Notes under the pieces: generated by a model | What the model was told of the DNA's origin: nothing | The model's input: the letters and a program-made list of their open reading frames with translations, nothing else | Databases searched by the model: none | Made by a program: the position numbers and the translations under genes | Shown here: in pieces, positions 1 through 9,642 of the stretch | How the letters are laid out: each line of letters opens with the position of its first letter | Numbering within the stretch: position 1 is the stretch's first letter | DNA from: a bacterium | GTDB taxonomy: Bacteria; Electryoneota; Electryoneia; Electryoneales; Electryoneaceae | Direction of reading: 5' to 3' | DNA: 64,000 bases | Assembly: GCA_963675295.2 (NCBI GenBank) | Contig: CAXXKJ010000002.1 | Span: 3,904,001-3,968,000, forward strand

Positions 1-57
1 CCGCGGTAGCGAACAGAAGCTCCCGCGGGCATCGTCCGAGTTGCGAGTGACGGTTTA

Positions 58-81
58 CCCGCGTTTGCAAGCAAACACGGG
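58..81. repeat. REP-like palindrome, family A (CCGCGTTTGC-AA-GCAAACACGG)
   Basis: The same sequence recurs at 19326 and 19402 and forms an imperfect hairpin with a GC-AA-GC apex. Confidence 0.75.
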
Positions 82-93
82 CATGATTGTAAT

Positions 94-190
94 GGACTGA
101 GGACCGAGGACTGAGGAAGAGTAAAACTGCCACGGACTGAAGTCCGTGGCAATTGAGTTTTTACTCACCACTCACAACTCACCACTCACT
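94..190. repeat. Composite: heptamer array (GGACTGA)n, palindrome TGCCACGGACTGAAGTCCGTGGCA (128-151), heptamer array (CTCACCA)n; probable operon end
   Basis: Directly visible, just downstream of the last sulfotransferase stop. Related palindromes occur at 23060, 26617, 45747 and 61683. Confidence 0.7.
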
Positions 191-203
191 ACTGCCCCAC
201 CCA

Positions 204-1127
204 TCACTTCTTCTTCGGCTTCGGTGTGGCGTCGTTCCACGCGTTCAAGTCACGTCCGAGGAACTCGGCGAGGCGGTCATTGGCCGGCTTGAAGGTCTCG
301 ACCAGTTTCTCGCGCACATCCTGCGGCATATCCTCATACTTCTCGCGCTTGATGTTAAGCTGCTTGATGTTGCCCCACACCTTGCCCGCGCCGAGGTTGT
401 ACTTGAGGCGGTCACGGAGCCAGCGTGTGGCGGCAAATTTGCCGACGGCGATGTGCATCAGGTAAAACGCCTTCAGCGCGTTTTTTGACCGGATCTGCTT
501 CGCGGTGTTGACGCGTTTGTTGAGGATCTCCAGCGGCACCGGTTCGATCTCGAGGAACGCGCAGAGCTCCTCGTACACTTTCTGGTTGTCCGCCTTGATA
601 TCGTCCATCAGCACGATGTGCATCTGTTCGCGCGGGAAATACTCGAGGAATTTCTCAATCCAGTTGATGTACTGGAAGTATTCCCGTCCCTCCGGCACCT
701 CTTCGAACGCCTGCTCGAACGGCATGTCCACCGGGTGAAACGCGCTGTAGTGGTGGTAGAACGAGTACGCCGCTTCGGTCGGATTGCGGAAGTTGAACAG
801 CAGCTTGGCTTTCGGGTTGTGTTCGTGGATCAGACGCGGGCTGCCCGGATCGTTGAGGTACCGCGGGCTGTACTCACCCTTGATCTGGCCGGGCTGGCAG
901 TGGTCGAACTGCTGTTTCAGCCACTCGATGCCCTTCGGCTTCATCCTGGTTTCGGTGGTACCGAGACGGTGCTGCATATACAGCGGCATCAACTCGAGGA
1001 AGTAGTCGAGCTCCTTGCCGTGTCCGAGGCAGGCCTGCGGATGTTCATCGAGAATTGCCGCGGTCCAGGATGTGCCCGCTTTTGCGGCGCCGACGCCGAC
1101 AAAGTCCAGCTTGAAGTCACTGCTCAT
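204..1127 (-). CDS. PAPS-dependent sulfotransferase
   Basis: 5'-PSB motif GAAKAGTSW, KELDYF, GEYSPRY and 3'-PB motif RNPTEAAYS; ATGA overlap with the upstream paralog. Confidence 0.92.
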   Translation of the reverse strand: MSSDFKLDFVGVGAAKAGTSWTAAILDEHPQACLGHGKELDYFLELMPLYMQHRLGTTETRMKPKGIEWLKQQFDHCQPGQIKGEYSPRYLNDPGSPRLIHEHNPKAKLLFNFRNPTEAAYSFYHHYSAFHPVDMPFEQAFEEVPEGREYFQYINWIEKFLEYFPREQMHIVLMDDIKADNQKVYEELCAFLEIEPVPLEILNKRVNTAKQIRSKNALKAFYLMHIAVGKFAATRWLRDRLKYNLGAGKVWGNIKQLNIKREKYEDMPQDVREKLVETFKPANDRLAEFLGRDLNAWNDATPKPKKK

Positions 1128-2053
1128 TTGGCGGTGGCCCCTTTCGGTTCGGGCATTTTCAGCCAGTGGCTGAGGTCACGGTTCTGCATCTTGCCAACTT
1201 CGATGATGTCGTCGTGGAATTCTTCGATCAGGCGTGCGCGGGTTTCCAGTTTCATCGGCGGATACTTCGCCTCGACGGAATTCCAGCGGCGGATCTTGCG
1301 GGCGATCACGCTCAGTTTCTTCTCCCGCATCCAGTCGCGGATGTTGCGCATCGTCTGGTTCTTGTTGAACAGGTAGTACACCTGAATCGCGAGGTCACGG
1401 ACCTTTGTCGACCGGACCATTGTGCTCGGGTTCACCTTTTTGTTCACCGAGTCGAGTTCGATCTCGTCGATGCCGAGAAACTCGCACAGCTCGCTGTAGA
1501 CGGCGCTCGAATCGGCTTTGATATCATCGAGGAAGATGAACTTGATCTGTTCTTTCGGGAAGTAGTCGAGGTACCGCTTCATGTGCCGCGAATAGCTGTA
1601 GTACTCGATGTGATCGTTGGTGCGGTCGAGCAGTTCCTCGAAGGTCTCATGCACCGTGTGCATCTGAAAGACCTGGTAGTACACGGAATAGACAGCATCC
1701 ACAGGGTTGCGGATGTTCATGATCAGCTTCAGATCTGGATTGTGCTCGGCCAGCAGTTTCGGGCTGGTCGGATCTGCGAGGTAGCTGGTCGACAGTTCGC
1801 CCTTCAACTGTCCGGGCTCACAGCGGCAGTACTGTTCCTCGTACCACTCCATACCACGGCTGTAATTCAATGAATCGAAATGCGAACCTGTCCGTGGAAA
1901 CACACCTTCCAGCGGATGGTTGCGCATGAAGTAGTTCAATTCCTTGCGTCTTCCGATGCAGGTTTGGGGGTGATCCATCAACTGCTTGGTAACCCACGTC
2001 GTTCCTGCTTTTGCAGCACCGACGCCGCAGAAATCAATCTTGAAGTCGCTCAT
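1124..2053 (-). CDS. PAPS-dependent sulfotransferase (paralog of 204-1127)
   Basis: Motifs GAAKAGTTW, KELNYF, GELSTSY and RNPVDAVYS. Confidence 0.92.
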   Translation of the reverse strand: MSDFKIDFCGVGAAKAGTTWVTKQLMDHPQTCIGRRKELNYFMRNHPLEGVFPRTGSHFDSLNYSRGMEWYEEQYCRCEPGQLKGELSTSYLADPTSPKLLAEHNPDLKLIMNIRNPVDAVYSVYYQVFQMHTVHETFEELLDRTNDHIEYYSYSRHMKRYLDYFPKEQIKFIFLDDIKADSSAVYSELCEFLGIDEIELDSVNKKVNPSTMVRSTKVRDLAIQVYYLFNKNQTMRNIRDWMREKKLSVIARKIRRWNSVEAKYPPMKLETRARLIEEFHDDIIEVGKMQNRDLSHWLKMPEPKGATAK

Positions 2054-2276
2054 TCCCTGACTCGTTGTTCAACTCGTTGTTGTCCGATCAGCCTGCCTGA
2101 CCTGGCAGCTGCAGACGGGCCTTTGGAATCGTTGTTGCGTATTCACCGGTAACCAAGTGTGACCCATTGACCCAGCGGAAGTTAGACAGCCGAATGGTTC
2201 CACTCAAGCAAAAGGTTTGGCCAATGCTCACCTTGAGAACACCGTGGCGGAAGGAAGCTGAAAATGCCTGAAAATT

Positions 2277-3458
2277 CTATCTCGTGGCGGCAACGGTTCT
2301 TTTCCCGATTGCGTCCTCGTAGATCTCGATCATGCGCTGGTAGGATGCCTCGGTTGCGTAGGTCTGCTCGAATTCGGTCCGGGCAGCCTTGGAGATACGC
2401 TGCAGCCCAGCCGAATCTCCTTGAATGTCCCGGATTGTGCGGCTCCAAGACGCCGGATCACCGGCCTCGGCGTGCAGGCCGGTGTCACCGTGACGGATCA
2501 TTGTGCCAATGGATCCGATCTTCGAGACCACGATTGGTGTGCCGATGGCGAACGCTTCGAGGATGGTGTACGGCAAGCACTCGTACCAGATGGAAGGAAA
2601 CAGCAGCATGCGCGCGTGTTTCATCAGCTGGTAAACACTCTCCCGCGGTTGCGACCCGAGAAACTCAACGCGAGTCCCCTCCGCTTTCGCACGCAGCTCG
2701 TCCATCAACGGCCCGTCCCCGGCGATCTTCAACGGCAGGCCGGGATCGTCCTGCTTCCACGCGTCCACGAGCGTCGCCACACCCTTTTCGTGCGACAATC
2801 GGCCAACAAACAGTGCGTAGTCCTGCGGATCGTACTGGTAGCCGGGGTCCTCGCTGAGGAAATTCGGCTTGATGACGACTCGTTCCGCAGGCAAGCCTCC
2901 CTCGATGTACTTGTCGCGGGTGAATGGTGTCAGCGCGATGTAGCGGGTGACGTACCGGTTCCACGTGCCCATCATCCGGTGTGTGGTCAGCATCGCGGCG
3001 ACCGCACCGCTGATCTTGCGGTTGTCGCGGTAGCATGCGTGCACAACACCGGGATAAGGCACGAACTTGCCCATGCAATCTTCGCACACCTTGCCGTCCC
3101 GGAAGAACGTCGCCGACGGGCAGAACAGCCTGTAGTTGTGCATCGTCTGGACGACGGGCACCTTTTCAGCAGCGGCGGCATAATAGACCGCCGGGCTGAT
3201 CATGAGGAAGAAATTGTGGACGTGGACGATGTCGGCGTTGTGTTCACGGATGGCCGCACGGATGTCGCGGAAATCCTGCTGGCTCCAGATCATCCGTGTC
3301 GCCACGGCGAGCTGGCCCATGCTGTCGGTTTCGTCGTTGCTGCGCGTGTAGGTACGAACGGCGTGACCTTTGGCCAGCAACAGATCACGCTCGTTCTCGA
3401 AGGCAACCGCTTCGCCGCCGCGCTGCTTGTAATCGTTGTAGACGAGCAGAACTCGCAT
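2277..3458 (-). CDS. Glycosyltransferase family 4 (GT-B)
   Basis: Motifs DIVHVHN, FVGRLSHEKG and PSIWYECLPYTILEA (EX7E). Likely start is MRVLLVYND at 3458; the ORF is open to 3500. Confidence 0.92.
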   Translation of the reverse strand: MRVLLVYNDYKQRGGEAVAFENERDLLLAKGHAVRTYTRSNDETDSMGQLAVATRMIWSQQDFRDIRAAIREHNADIVHVHNFFLMISPAVYYAAAAEKVPVVQTMHNYRLFCPSATFFRDGKVCEDCMGKFVPYPGVVHACYRDNRKISGAVAAMLTTHRMMGTWNRYVTRYIALTPFTRDKYIEGGLPAERVVIKPNFLSEDPGYQYDPQDYALFVGRLSHEKGVATLVDAWKQDDPGLPLKIAGDGPLMDELRAKAEGTRVEFLGSQPRESVYQLMKHARMLLFPSIWYECLPYTILEAFAIGTPIVVSKIGSIGTMIRHGDTGLHAEAGDPASWSRTIRDIQGDSAGLQRISKAARTEFEQTYATEASYQRMIEIYEDAIGKRTVAATR

Positions 3459-3510
3459 GTTCCGGGATCCACCGTGACTCTGCGGGTCGCGAAGCGTCAA
3501 TTGTCGACGT

Positions 3511-5061
3511 TTACCGTGTGAAAACGAACAAGCTCTTCAACTTGAGCGGGTTCTTGTCGTCCGGTACGATCTGGTTATGATGTTCCTGGATGAATCGGTC
3601 GTGCATTGCGTCCGACATGCCCATGATCATGAACGCCATCGCCATCACGAACGGATAGTGCAATGTGTTCGCGGTGATCGATGAGAACGCGATCAGGAAA
3701 ATCGAGAGAAATCCCGCCATCGACCAGTAGGCCTGGACGTAATTCCCCCTGTCATCGTGGAATTTCCATCTGAACCATAGCTGCAACGTCAGGTATACAT
3801 AGAAGATCAGCAGAATCCCCGCGCCGACGACACCGAAATCGTGCCATACCTGCAGGTATTCGTTGTGCGGCGGATATTCCTGCTGGAACTTTTGTGCGGA
3901 CATCGCTTCACCGATGTTCCGGCGGGCGGTTCCCGGTCCCTGGCCGAAGATCGGCGCATCCATCGCGCTGTTGATCGTGTGTGGCCAGAGCTTGGAGAAG
4001 CGGCCGGACGAGTCAAACGTGATGAGGAACTCGGTCATGTTCTGCGGCAGACGACCGTTCTTGAACATGCGGGCACGGAAGGCCGGCACGGCAACGAACA
4101 GGCTGACGATCAGCGTACCGCCGATAAGTACTGCCGTGACCAGGCGCATGAAGTGCCGTGGCCGGTTGCGTGAGATCACGACGAGCATCATGCCGGTGCC
4201 CAGTGCCATGCGGGATAGCGTGATGAACACGGTTCCGAGGAACAGCAGCGAATAGAACAAGCCGACACGGCGCTGTTTCGGGTCTGGATGGTACCGCCAG
4301 CGTGCCAGCGGAATCGGCAGAATGGTAGAGGTGAAGAGCGCGACGGTACGCGCGACGACGTCGCCGTCCGGGCCGTTCGCCGTCATCACCAGGCCGCCGG
4401 TGGCGAAAAACCAGCCGAACATCCACATCACGATGAAGATGTTGTTGCGAATCAGCCAGTCGGTGTGTTCGAAGCGTTTCAGGTCAGCGTTGAGGAAATA
4501 GTTATAGGTGAACATCCCGATGATCATCGGGAGCGCGTACCACACCAGGTCCTTGTCGCCGGTACCGACAGAGCCCTTGACGACGTAAATGATCATGCCG
4601 TACGCAAGGAACACCATGTATAGCCAGTACTTGCGCTGGATTCCCTTGTTCCGGAAATAGTAGAGGTTGATGACACCGGCGATGAAGGTGATCAGCGCCC
4701 AGCGCATGCCCGAGGTGGACATGGTGGTGCCGCCGATGTTCATGTTGCCGATGTTCTTGACGATCGTCGAGGTGGAAGCGGAGATGACGGTGAAGTACAC
4801 CAGCAGCAGCGGTTTCAGGATCGAAATCGCGCACAGAATGATAATCACGTATCCCGCGATGATCATCGGCAGGACGTCCGGCTTGACCATCTGCGGCACG
4901 ACGCCCAGAATGAACGCGAACAACAGCAGGCCCATGATGAAGATGCTGCGCCAGAACAGCATCAACATGTAGCCGTAATCCTTGCTCTTCAGCTTCCCGA
5001 AGATGGTATTTGCAGAAGTATCCACAGCACTACCCTGGATTGAAAAATGTGCACCTGACAC
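3511..5061 (-). CDS. wzy: Wzy polymerase / O-antigen ligase-like membrane protein
   Basis: Many transmembrane segments; TLSRMAL, SSGR, PIFGQGPG and PHNEYLQ motifs of the Wzy_C/WaaL family; capsule-locus context. Confidence 0.8.
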   Translation of the reverse strand: MSGAHFSIQGSAVDTSANTIFGKLKSKDYGYMLMLFWRSIFIMGLLLFAFILGVVPQMVKPDVLPMIIAGYVIIILCAISILKPLLLVYFTVISASTSTIVKNIGNMNIGGTTMSTSGMRWALITFIAGVINLYYFRNKGIQRKYWLYMVFLAYGMIIYVVKGSVGTGDKDLVWYALPMIIGMFTYNYFLNADLKRFEHTDWLIRNNIFIVMWMFGWFFATGGLVMTANGPDGDVVARTVALFTSTILPIPLARWRYHPDPKQRRVGLFYSLLFLGTVFITLSRMALGTGMMLVVISRNRPRHFMRLVTAVLIGGTLIVSLFVAVPAFRARMFKNGRLPQNMTEFLITFDSSGRFSKLWPHTINSAMDAPIFGQGPGTARRNIGEAMSAQKFQQEYPPHNEYLQVWHDFGVVGAGILLIFYVYLTLQLWFRWKFHDDRGNYVQAYWSMAGFLSIFLIAFSSITANTLHYPFVMAMAFMIMGMSDAMHDRFIQEHHNQIVPDDKNPLKLKSLFVFTR

Positions 5062-5078
5062 TACTCGGTACAGTCTGA

Positions 5079-6857
5079 CTATTGTTCGGCACGTATGGTC
5101 GAGTGCGACCCTTCGACCAACTCCTGCCAGACGTCAAACCCGAAACGTTTATTGCCGGCTTCGATGCAGGCATTTGGCTTGGGATGGACCCACGTGTTGT
5201 AATCCGACTCGACCGACTGCAGGAACGGCTTCATCTGCTGCTGGTTGATATTGGTCCAGAACAGGTTCTGCGCCGGTGCGGTCGCGACAATCGTGTTGTT
5301 CCTGAATGTAAGCTGCCGGTAGTCCATTTCCTCGGTCTGACCGGTAACTCGTGTATCAATCATCCGGCCATAGCCTCGCAGGTAGATCTGGTTGCGGCCG
5401 TTGCCGATGATCTGGTTGTCGACCAGTGCGATGCGCCTTGAATTGGCGATGCGCACTCCGCCGACGTTGTTGTTGTCGATCTCGCAATTTGTGACGAGGA
5501 TCGGGCCGCGGGTCGCCTCGAGGAAGAGACCGTCCACGTAATTCCGTTTCATGACGCAGTTGTCGATCAGCACGTGCAGGTTGTCATGGTCAAACCAGAT
5601 GCCGAACGTGAGGTTGTCCACCGCCTCATGGTTGCGAATGATGGTGTTCGCGGTGTTGAGGATCTTGATCCCGGCTATGGCCCACGAGTAGGTCTCGCCC
5701 CAGTCGCCGCGCCAGTTGTTTTCGTTGGTGACGCAATCCTCGATCAATAGATCGATGATGTACGCCATGTCAATGCCCTGCGCGCCATTGTTGTTCGCTT
5801 CACAGTCGCGCAACGTGACGTTCTTGCTGTTGTACAGCCCGAGACCGCGATAGTTGTTCGTGTTGAAGCGGCAATTTTCCAGCAGCAGGTTCTCGCAGCC
5901 GCGAATCCACGCCGCCCGTTGCTCGACCATCGTCGCGGCGTGCTGGAAGGTGATGTTGCGCAGGGTGGTGTTCATCGCCTGCATCAACTCGAATACCAGC
6001 GGACGCTCGCCGACCTCGATTGTAGCATCATTCAGCGACAAACCGGCGGGCAGATCGAGCCACAGCTTGTCGTTTGTCTCGTCCACGAAGTACGTACCGT
6101 CCGCCAGCTCATTGCTGCTGAGCACCTGGCGCATGACATCGCCATTGACGATCACGATCTCACGACGTTTGAACAACGGGCCGGAATTCTTGATCCAGTC
6201 GCGGTGCTTCTCCTTCATCCACTCATTCTGCTTCTTCCACGCCTCGGTCTCGGTGACCAGACCCCAGTCGAACTGCCATGAGTGGGTGAACCGTCCATTC
6301 CCAGCGGATTGCCAGCCAGTGTAGATCTCGGAGCCGTCAATCGCGACATCACCGATGCCCTCGATCAACAGTTTGGTGTCCGGGTCCTTGCCCATGCTCA
6401 GGCGTGCGTGTTCACGGTACACGCCTTCATGGATCCGCACATGAATGAAGCTCGCGCCGTTCGCCTTCTGCCGCGCCAGCTTGAGCGCGCTGTCGATGGT
6501 CTTCAGCGGCGCGTCCGGCGTGCCCGGGTTGTTGTCGCTGGCGTTGGCGTGGTTCTGATCGACGACGATGCGCACGACTTCGCTTTCCAGCGCGGGAACT
6601 TCGCCGGCGCCGGGCGTCTCGGTGACCGTCGGGCTGGCGATGCGGGCGTTGTAATCGAGCGCGGGCAGATCCTTGTCCGCCGCACCGCTGCTCTTGTCGC
6701 CACCACCCCAATCATCCGGCTGGCCGGACTCGTCCTCGCCGGAGCGGTTGCCGGGCTGCTTGCCTGCCTTGGATCCAGCGCAGCCGTTGGCCACCAGCAG
6801 CAGCAGCAACACTGCCAGCGTGGTTAGAAACGTCGTATGTCGCGAACGCATCATCAT
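5079..6857 (-). CDS. Lipoprotein with right-handed parallel beta-helix (pectin-lyase fold), putative polysaccharide lyase or modifier
   Basis: Lipobox-like LLVANGC, low-complexity linker, NPGTPDAPLKTI and IHEGVYRE, then Asn-ladder PbH1 repeats (e.g. GIWFDHDNLHVLIDNC). Confidence 0.8.
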   Translation of the reverse strand: MMMRSRHTTFLTTLAVLLLLLVANGCAGSKAGKQPGNRSGEDESGQPDDWGGGDKSSGAADKDLPALDYNARIASPTVTETPGAGEVPALESEVVRIVVDQNHANASDNNPGTPDAPLKTIDSALKLARQKANGASFIHVRIHEGVYREHARLSMGKDPDTKLLIEGIGDVAIDGSEIYTGWQSAGNGRFTHSWQFDWGLVTETEAWKKQNEWMKEKHRDWIKNSGPLFKRREIVIVNGDVMRQVLSSNELADGTYFVDETNDKLWLDLPAGLSLNDATIEVGERPLVFELMQAMNTTLRNITFQHAATMVEQRAAWIRGCENLLLENCRFNTNNYRGLGLYNSKNVTLRDCEANNNGAQGIDMAYIIDLLIEDCVTNENNWRGDWGETYSWAIAGIKILNTANTIIRNHEAVDNLTFGIWFDHDNLHVLIDNCVMKRNYVDGLFLEATRGPILVTNCEIDNNNVGGVRIANSRRIALVDNQIIGNGRNQIYLRGYGRMIDTRVTGQTEEMDYRQLTFRNNTIVATAPAQNLFWTNINQQQMKPFLQSVESDYNTWVHPKPNACIEAGNKRFGFDVWQELVEGSHSTIRAEQ

Positions 6858-6911
6858 GCGTGAACTTCCTGTTGATTCCCGGGATAAGGTGCGAAGGTAA
6901 CCAGTGCCGGC

Positions 6912-7799
6912 CTACCGCATCGCTTCCCACTCGAAGGACGTTCCGAGGTGAGAGTATAAGGCCTGGTTGGATTCGGCAAAATAGTCGTACATCCAGTCCC
7001 GAACACCCGGGTCAAGCTGCTTGTAGTTGGCCATGTTGAGCCGCCGGAACGAGTCCGGTTCCCACTTGGGCAGGTTGAGGAACTCGAGCACCCGCGGCAT
7101 CACGGTTTCCGGCCGTTCGAAATAGTCCTCGGCCTTTAGAACAAGCATCTGCGCGCGTGGGAACATCTTCTCCCAGCGTTGCAACTGTTCAAGGTAGCGG
7201 CCGCGTGTGAGGTACGAATGATGGATGCGCCGGACGCCCATGAAACGGGTGTCGAGCATCCGTCGCCGTTGCTCCTCACCGATCCATTCTTCCTCGACCT
7301 TCGCGGCTTCCTCGAACGAACGTGTCTCGCCCCAGTAGCGGACGGCGTGCTGATAATGCGAATACGCACGGTCCACCGGGTTGCGCAGCAGCACTACCAG
7401 CTTCGCCTGCGACTCGAAGCGCTTGATCCGCCGTGGGGCGTGCGGATCGAACAGGTACGATGGGCTGGCTTCGCCGGTCAGCGTTTCGCCCCGTTTCTTC
7501 GCCGTCTTCTCCAGCGGGAAATGCGCCAGGTACCAGCGCCGTCCACGTTCGTAGTGGAAATCGAAGAAGCGGATTTCCTTGGACAACGGCTCTGCGATCA
7601 TCGGATGCTGGATGAGATTGTTGAACAGCGACGTGGTGCCGGCCTTCATCGACCCGATCAGGAAGAAAGACGGCTTCAGCCGCAACCCGGCCGTCGGACG
7701 CCGCGAGGCGACCAGCAGCTCTTTCGCCAGCGCACGTACGGAGACAGACACGTTCGCCTCGCGCGCCTTGTCGCGCATCAGATTCAGCGAATCGCCCAT
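6912..7799 (-). CDS. Sulfotransferase resembling the heparan-sulfate 3-O/N-sulfotransferase fold
   Basis: Motifs PSFFLIGSMKAGTTSL, KEIRFFD, GEASPSY and LRNPVDRAYSHY. Confidence 0.92.
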   Translation of the reverse strand: MGDSLNLMRDKAREANVSVSVRALAKELLVASRRPTAGLRLKPSFFLIGSMKAGTTSLFNNLIQHPMIAEPLSKEIRFFDFHYERGRRWYLAHFPLEKTAKKRGETLTGEASPSYLFDPHAPRRIKRFESQAKLVVLLRNPVDRAYSHYQHAVRYWGETRSFEEAAKVEEEWIGEEQRRRMLDTRFMGVRRIHHSYLTRGRYLEQLQRWEKMFPRAQMLVLKAEDYFERPETVMPRVLEFLNLPKWEPDSFRRLNMANYKQLDPGVRDWMYDYFAESNQALYSHLGTSFEWEAMR

Positions 7800-7800
7800 C

Positions 7801-8715
7801 TCAGATATCCCAGTTGAAGGTGAGGCCCGTCATCGCTTCCAACTGTTTTTTCTCATCGGCAAAGGTGGCACGCAACTTCTCCCGCGTTGCCAGGTTCATC
7901 GCCGGATAGGGCACGCTGTTGTCCGTGCGCAATACCGGGAACTGATGAACCGGTAGATCGAGGAAGTCGATCACTTCGTCAAGAACCTCCGGCATGTGCA
8001 GGAAGAACCGTTCCGCCGGAATGATCATCATCTGTTCGCGTGAGAACAGCTTCAGCCAGCGTTCCAGCTGCTTCGTGTACATCCCGCGTTCGATATAGGC
8101 GTAGCGCTGGTAATCGGTACTGACATAGGCTGGATTTTTCAGCATCCGTTCCGCTTCGCCGTGTGTCCGCTTGGCTTCGGCGGCCAGTGCATCCTCGAAG
8201 TTCAGCGGTTCCTGCCCCAGTTGCACCTGTCGCTGGTAGTCCGAATAGGCACGGTCGATCGGATTCCGCAGCAACACCACCAGTTTTACCTTCGGCAGCG
8301 CCTGGTGCATCCGTTCCGGCACCCGAGGCTCGAACAGGTAGTAGGGACTCGCTTCGCCCCAGCGGTGCTTCGGGCCGTAACGTACCCAGCGGTACAGCGG
8401 GAAGTGTGACTTGTACCAGTCCAGCCCCTTTTCGTAATTGAGGTCAAAAAAATGGACTTCCTTGACGACGGATTGGGTAACGGACGGATGGCCGGAGAGA
8501 ATGTTGAACAGGCTTGTTGTGCCCGCCCGTTGCGCGCCGATAATGACGAAATCGGGGAAGCGGCAGTCGGACGCAATCATGCGGCGGAACGCGAAAATGC
8601 TGCGCCGGACGAATCGGGTCACCGTTCGCTTGAGTGGACGGTTGGCCGGGATATGCCGGCCGAGTGAACGTTCCTCAACGACCATGGTCGGTTCAGACGA
8701 AAATGGGATAGCCAT
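7801..8715 (-). CDS. Sulfotransferase (paralog of 6912-7799)
   Basis: Motifs PDFVIIGAQRAGTTSL, KEVHFFD, GEASPYY and LRNPIDRAYSDY. Confidence 0.92.
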   Translation of the reverse strand: MAIPFSSEPTMVVEERSLGRHIPANRPLKRTVTRFVRRSIFAFRRMIASDCRFPDFVIIGAQRAGTTSLFNILSGHPSVTQSVVKEVHFFDLNYEKGLDWYKSHFPLYRWVRYGPKHRWGEASPYYLFEPRVPERMHQALPKVKLVVLLRNPIDRAYSDYQRQVQLGQEPLNFEDALAAEAKRTHGEAERMLKNPAYVSTDYQRYAYIERGMYTKQLERWLKLFSREQMMIIPAERFFLHMPEVLDEVIDFLDLPVHQFPVLRTDNSVPYPAMNLATREKLRATFADEKKQLEAMTGLTFNWDI

Positions 8716-9634
8716 ACCGATGCAGGAACGGCATGGACAGCGCAGTTACCAGGTACTTGTCACGGGGCCGCATCTTGCGGGTCCACTCGTCATCCATCCG
8801 GAGTGTGACTTCCCCTTCCTGGAAGCGGTTCGGATTCCCCGAACACGTGTGATCCTTGCCAAGATAGACGGTATGGTCGTCCACGAAAGGCAGGTTCTCC
8901 GTGCTCTCGCCGAAACGGCGCAGGATACGGATGATCGCTTTTCGCGGCTGGCGGACAAAATCCTCGTAGCGCATGAAGACGTAGCGTTCCGGGCGTTTTC
9001 CCCAAGTCGCCTCGGTGGCAACATTCCACGAATCCCACAGCAACGTGGAGAAAATCGGACCGTGCTCATCCATCGGCTGCATCGTGCCGGTATCCGGCTG
9101 CAATTTGCGGCGCAGCCATGAGAACGATACCGCGCGCGGATCACGCACCAGATGAACGACGTAGAGATCGATTTCCTTGAGAATGTCGAGCGTGAAGGCG
9201 TAGGTCGGGAACTTGGATGAATCGACGATAACATTGCAGCCGAAATGGCTCTGGATCGACTTGTAGAGCAGGATCAGGTTGGTCAGGTATTCACGGGCAT
9301 TTTCCCACAGCGCCCGCCGTGTCGCGCCCGGCACGGCCAGCCCGGCGAGGTGGCGGGTACGGGTCAGCCGGTCACGCAGCTGGATCATCCGGTTCGGATC
9401 GACGGCATCAAACCCCCCGAACGCGTCCTCGACAATCGCCTGCCATTCGGGACAGTCGCGGAAGTGTTCGCCGCAGCCACAGAGGTGGTTGCCGATGAAA
9501 TTCCGGTCCCAGATGTAGCGAACCTCACCGACGGAGTTGAAGCCGGGGATCTGGCCGAGGATTCGGTCCAGGATCGTGGTTCCGCTGCGACCCCAGCCGG
9601 TGATGTACAGGACTTTAACGTTCGAATTTTTCAT
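8693..9634 (-). CDS. Sulfotransferase, third subtype (Sulfotransfer_3-like)
   Basis: Motifs VLYITGWGRSGTT, CGCGE..CPEW, VDSSK, HLVRDPRAVSFS and RYEDF. Confidence 0.9.
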   Translation of the reverse strand: MKNSNVKVLYITGWGRSGTTILDRILGQIPGFNSVGEVRYIWDRNFIGNHLCGCGEHFRDCPEWQAIVEDAFGGFDAVDPNRMIQLRDRLTRTRHLAGLAVPGATRRALWENAREYLTNLILLYKSIQSHFGCNVIVDSSKFPTYAFTLDILKEIDLYVVHLVRDPRAVSFSWLRRKLQPDTGTMQPMDEHGPIFSTLLWDSWNVATEATWGKRPERYVFMRYEDFVRQPRKAIIRILRRFGESTENLPFVDDHTVYLGKDHTCSGNPNRFQEGEVTLRMDDEWTRKMRPRDKYLVTALSMPFLHRYGYPIFV

Positions 9635-9642
9635 GGTATCAA

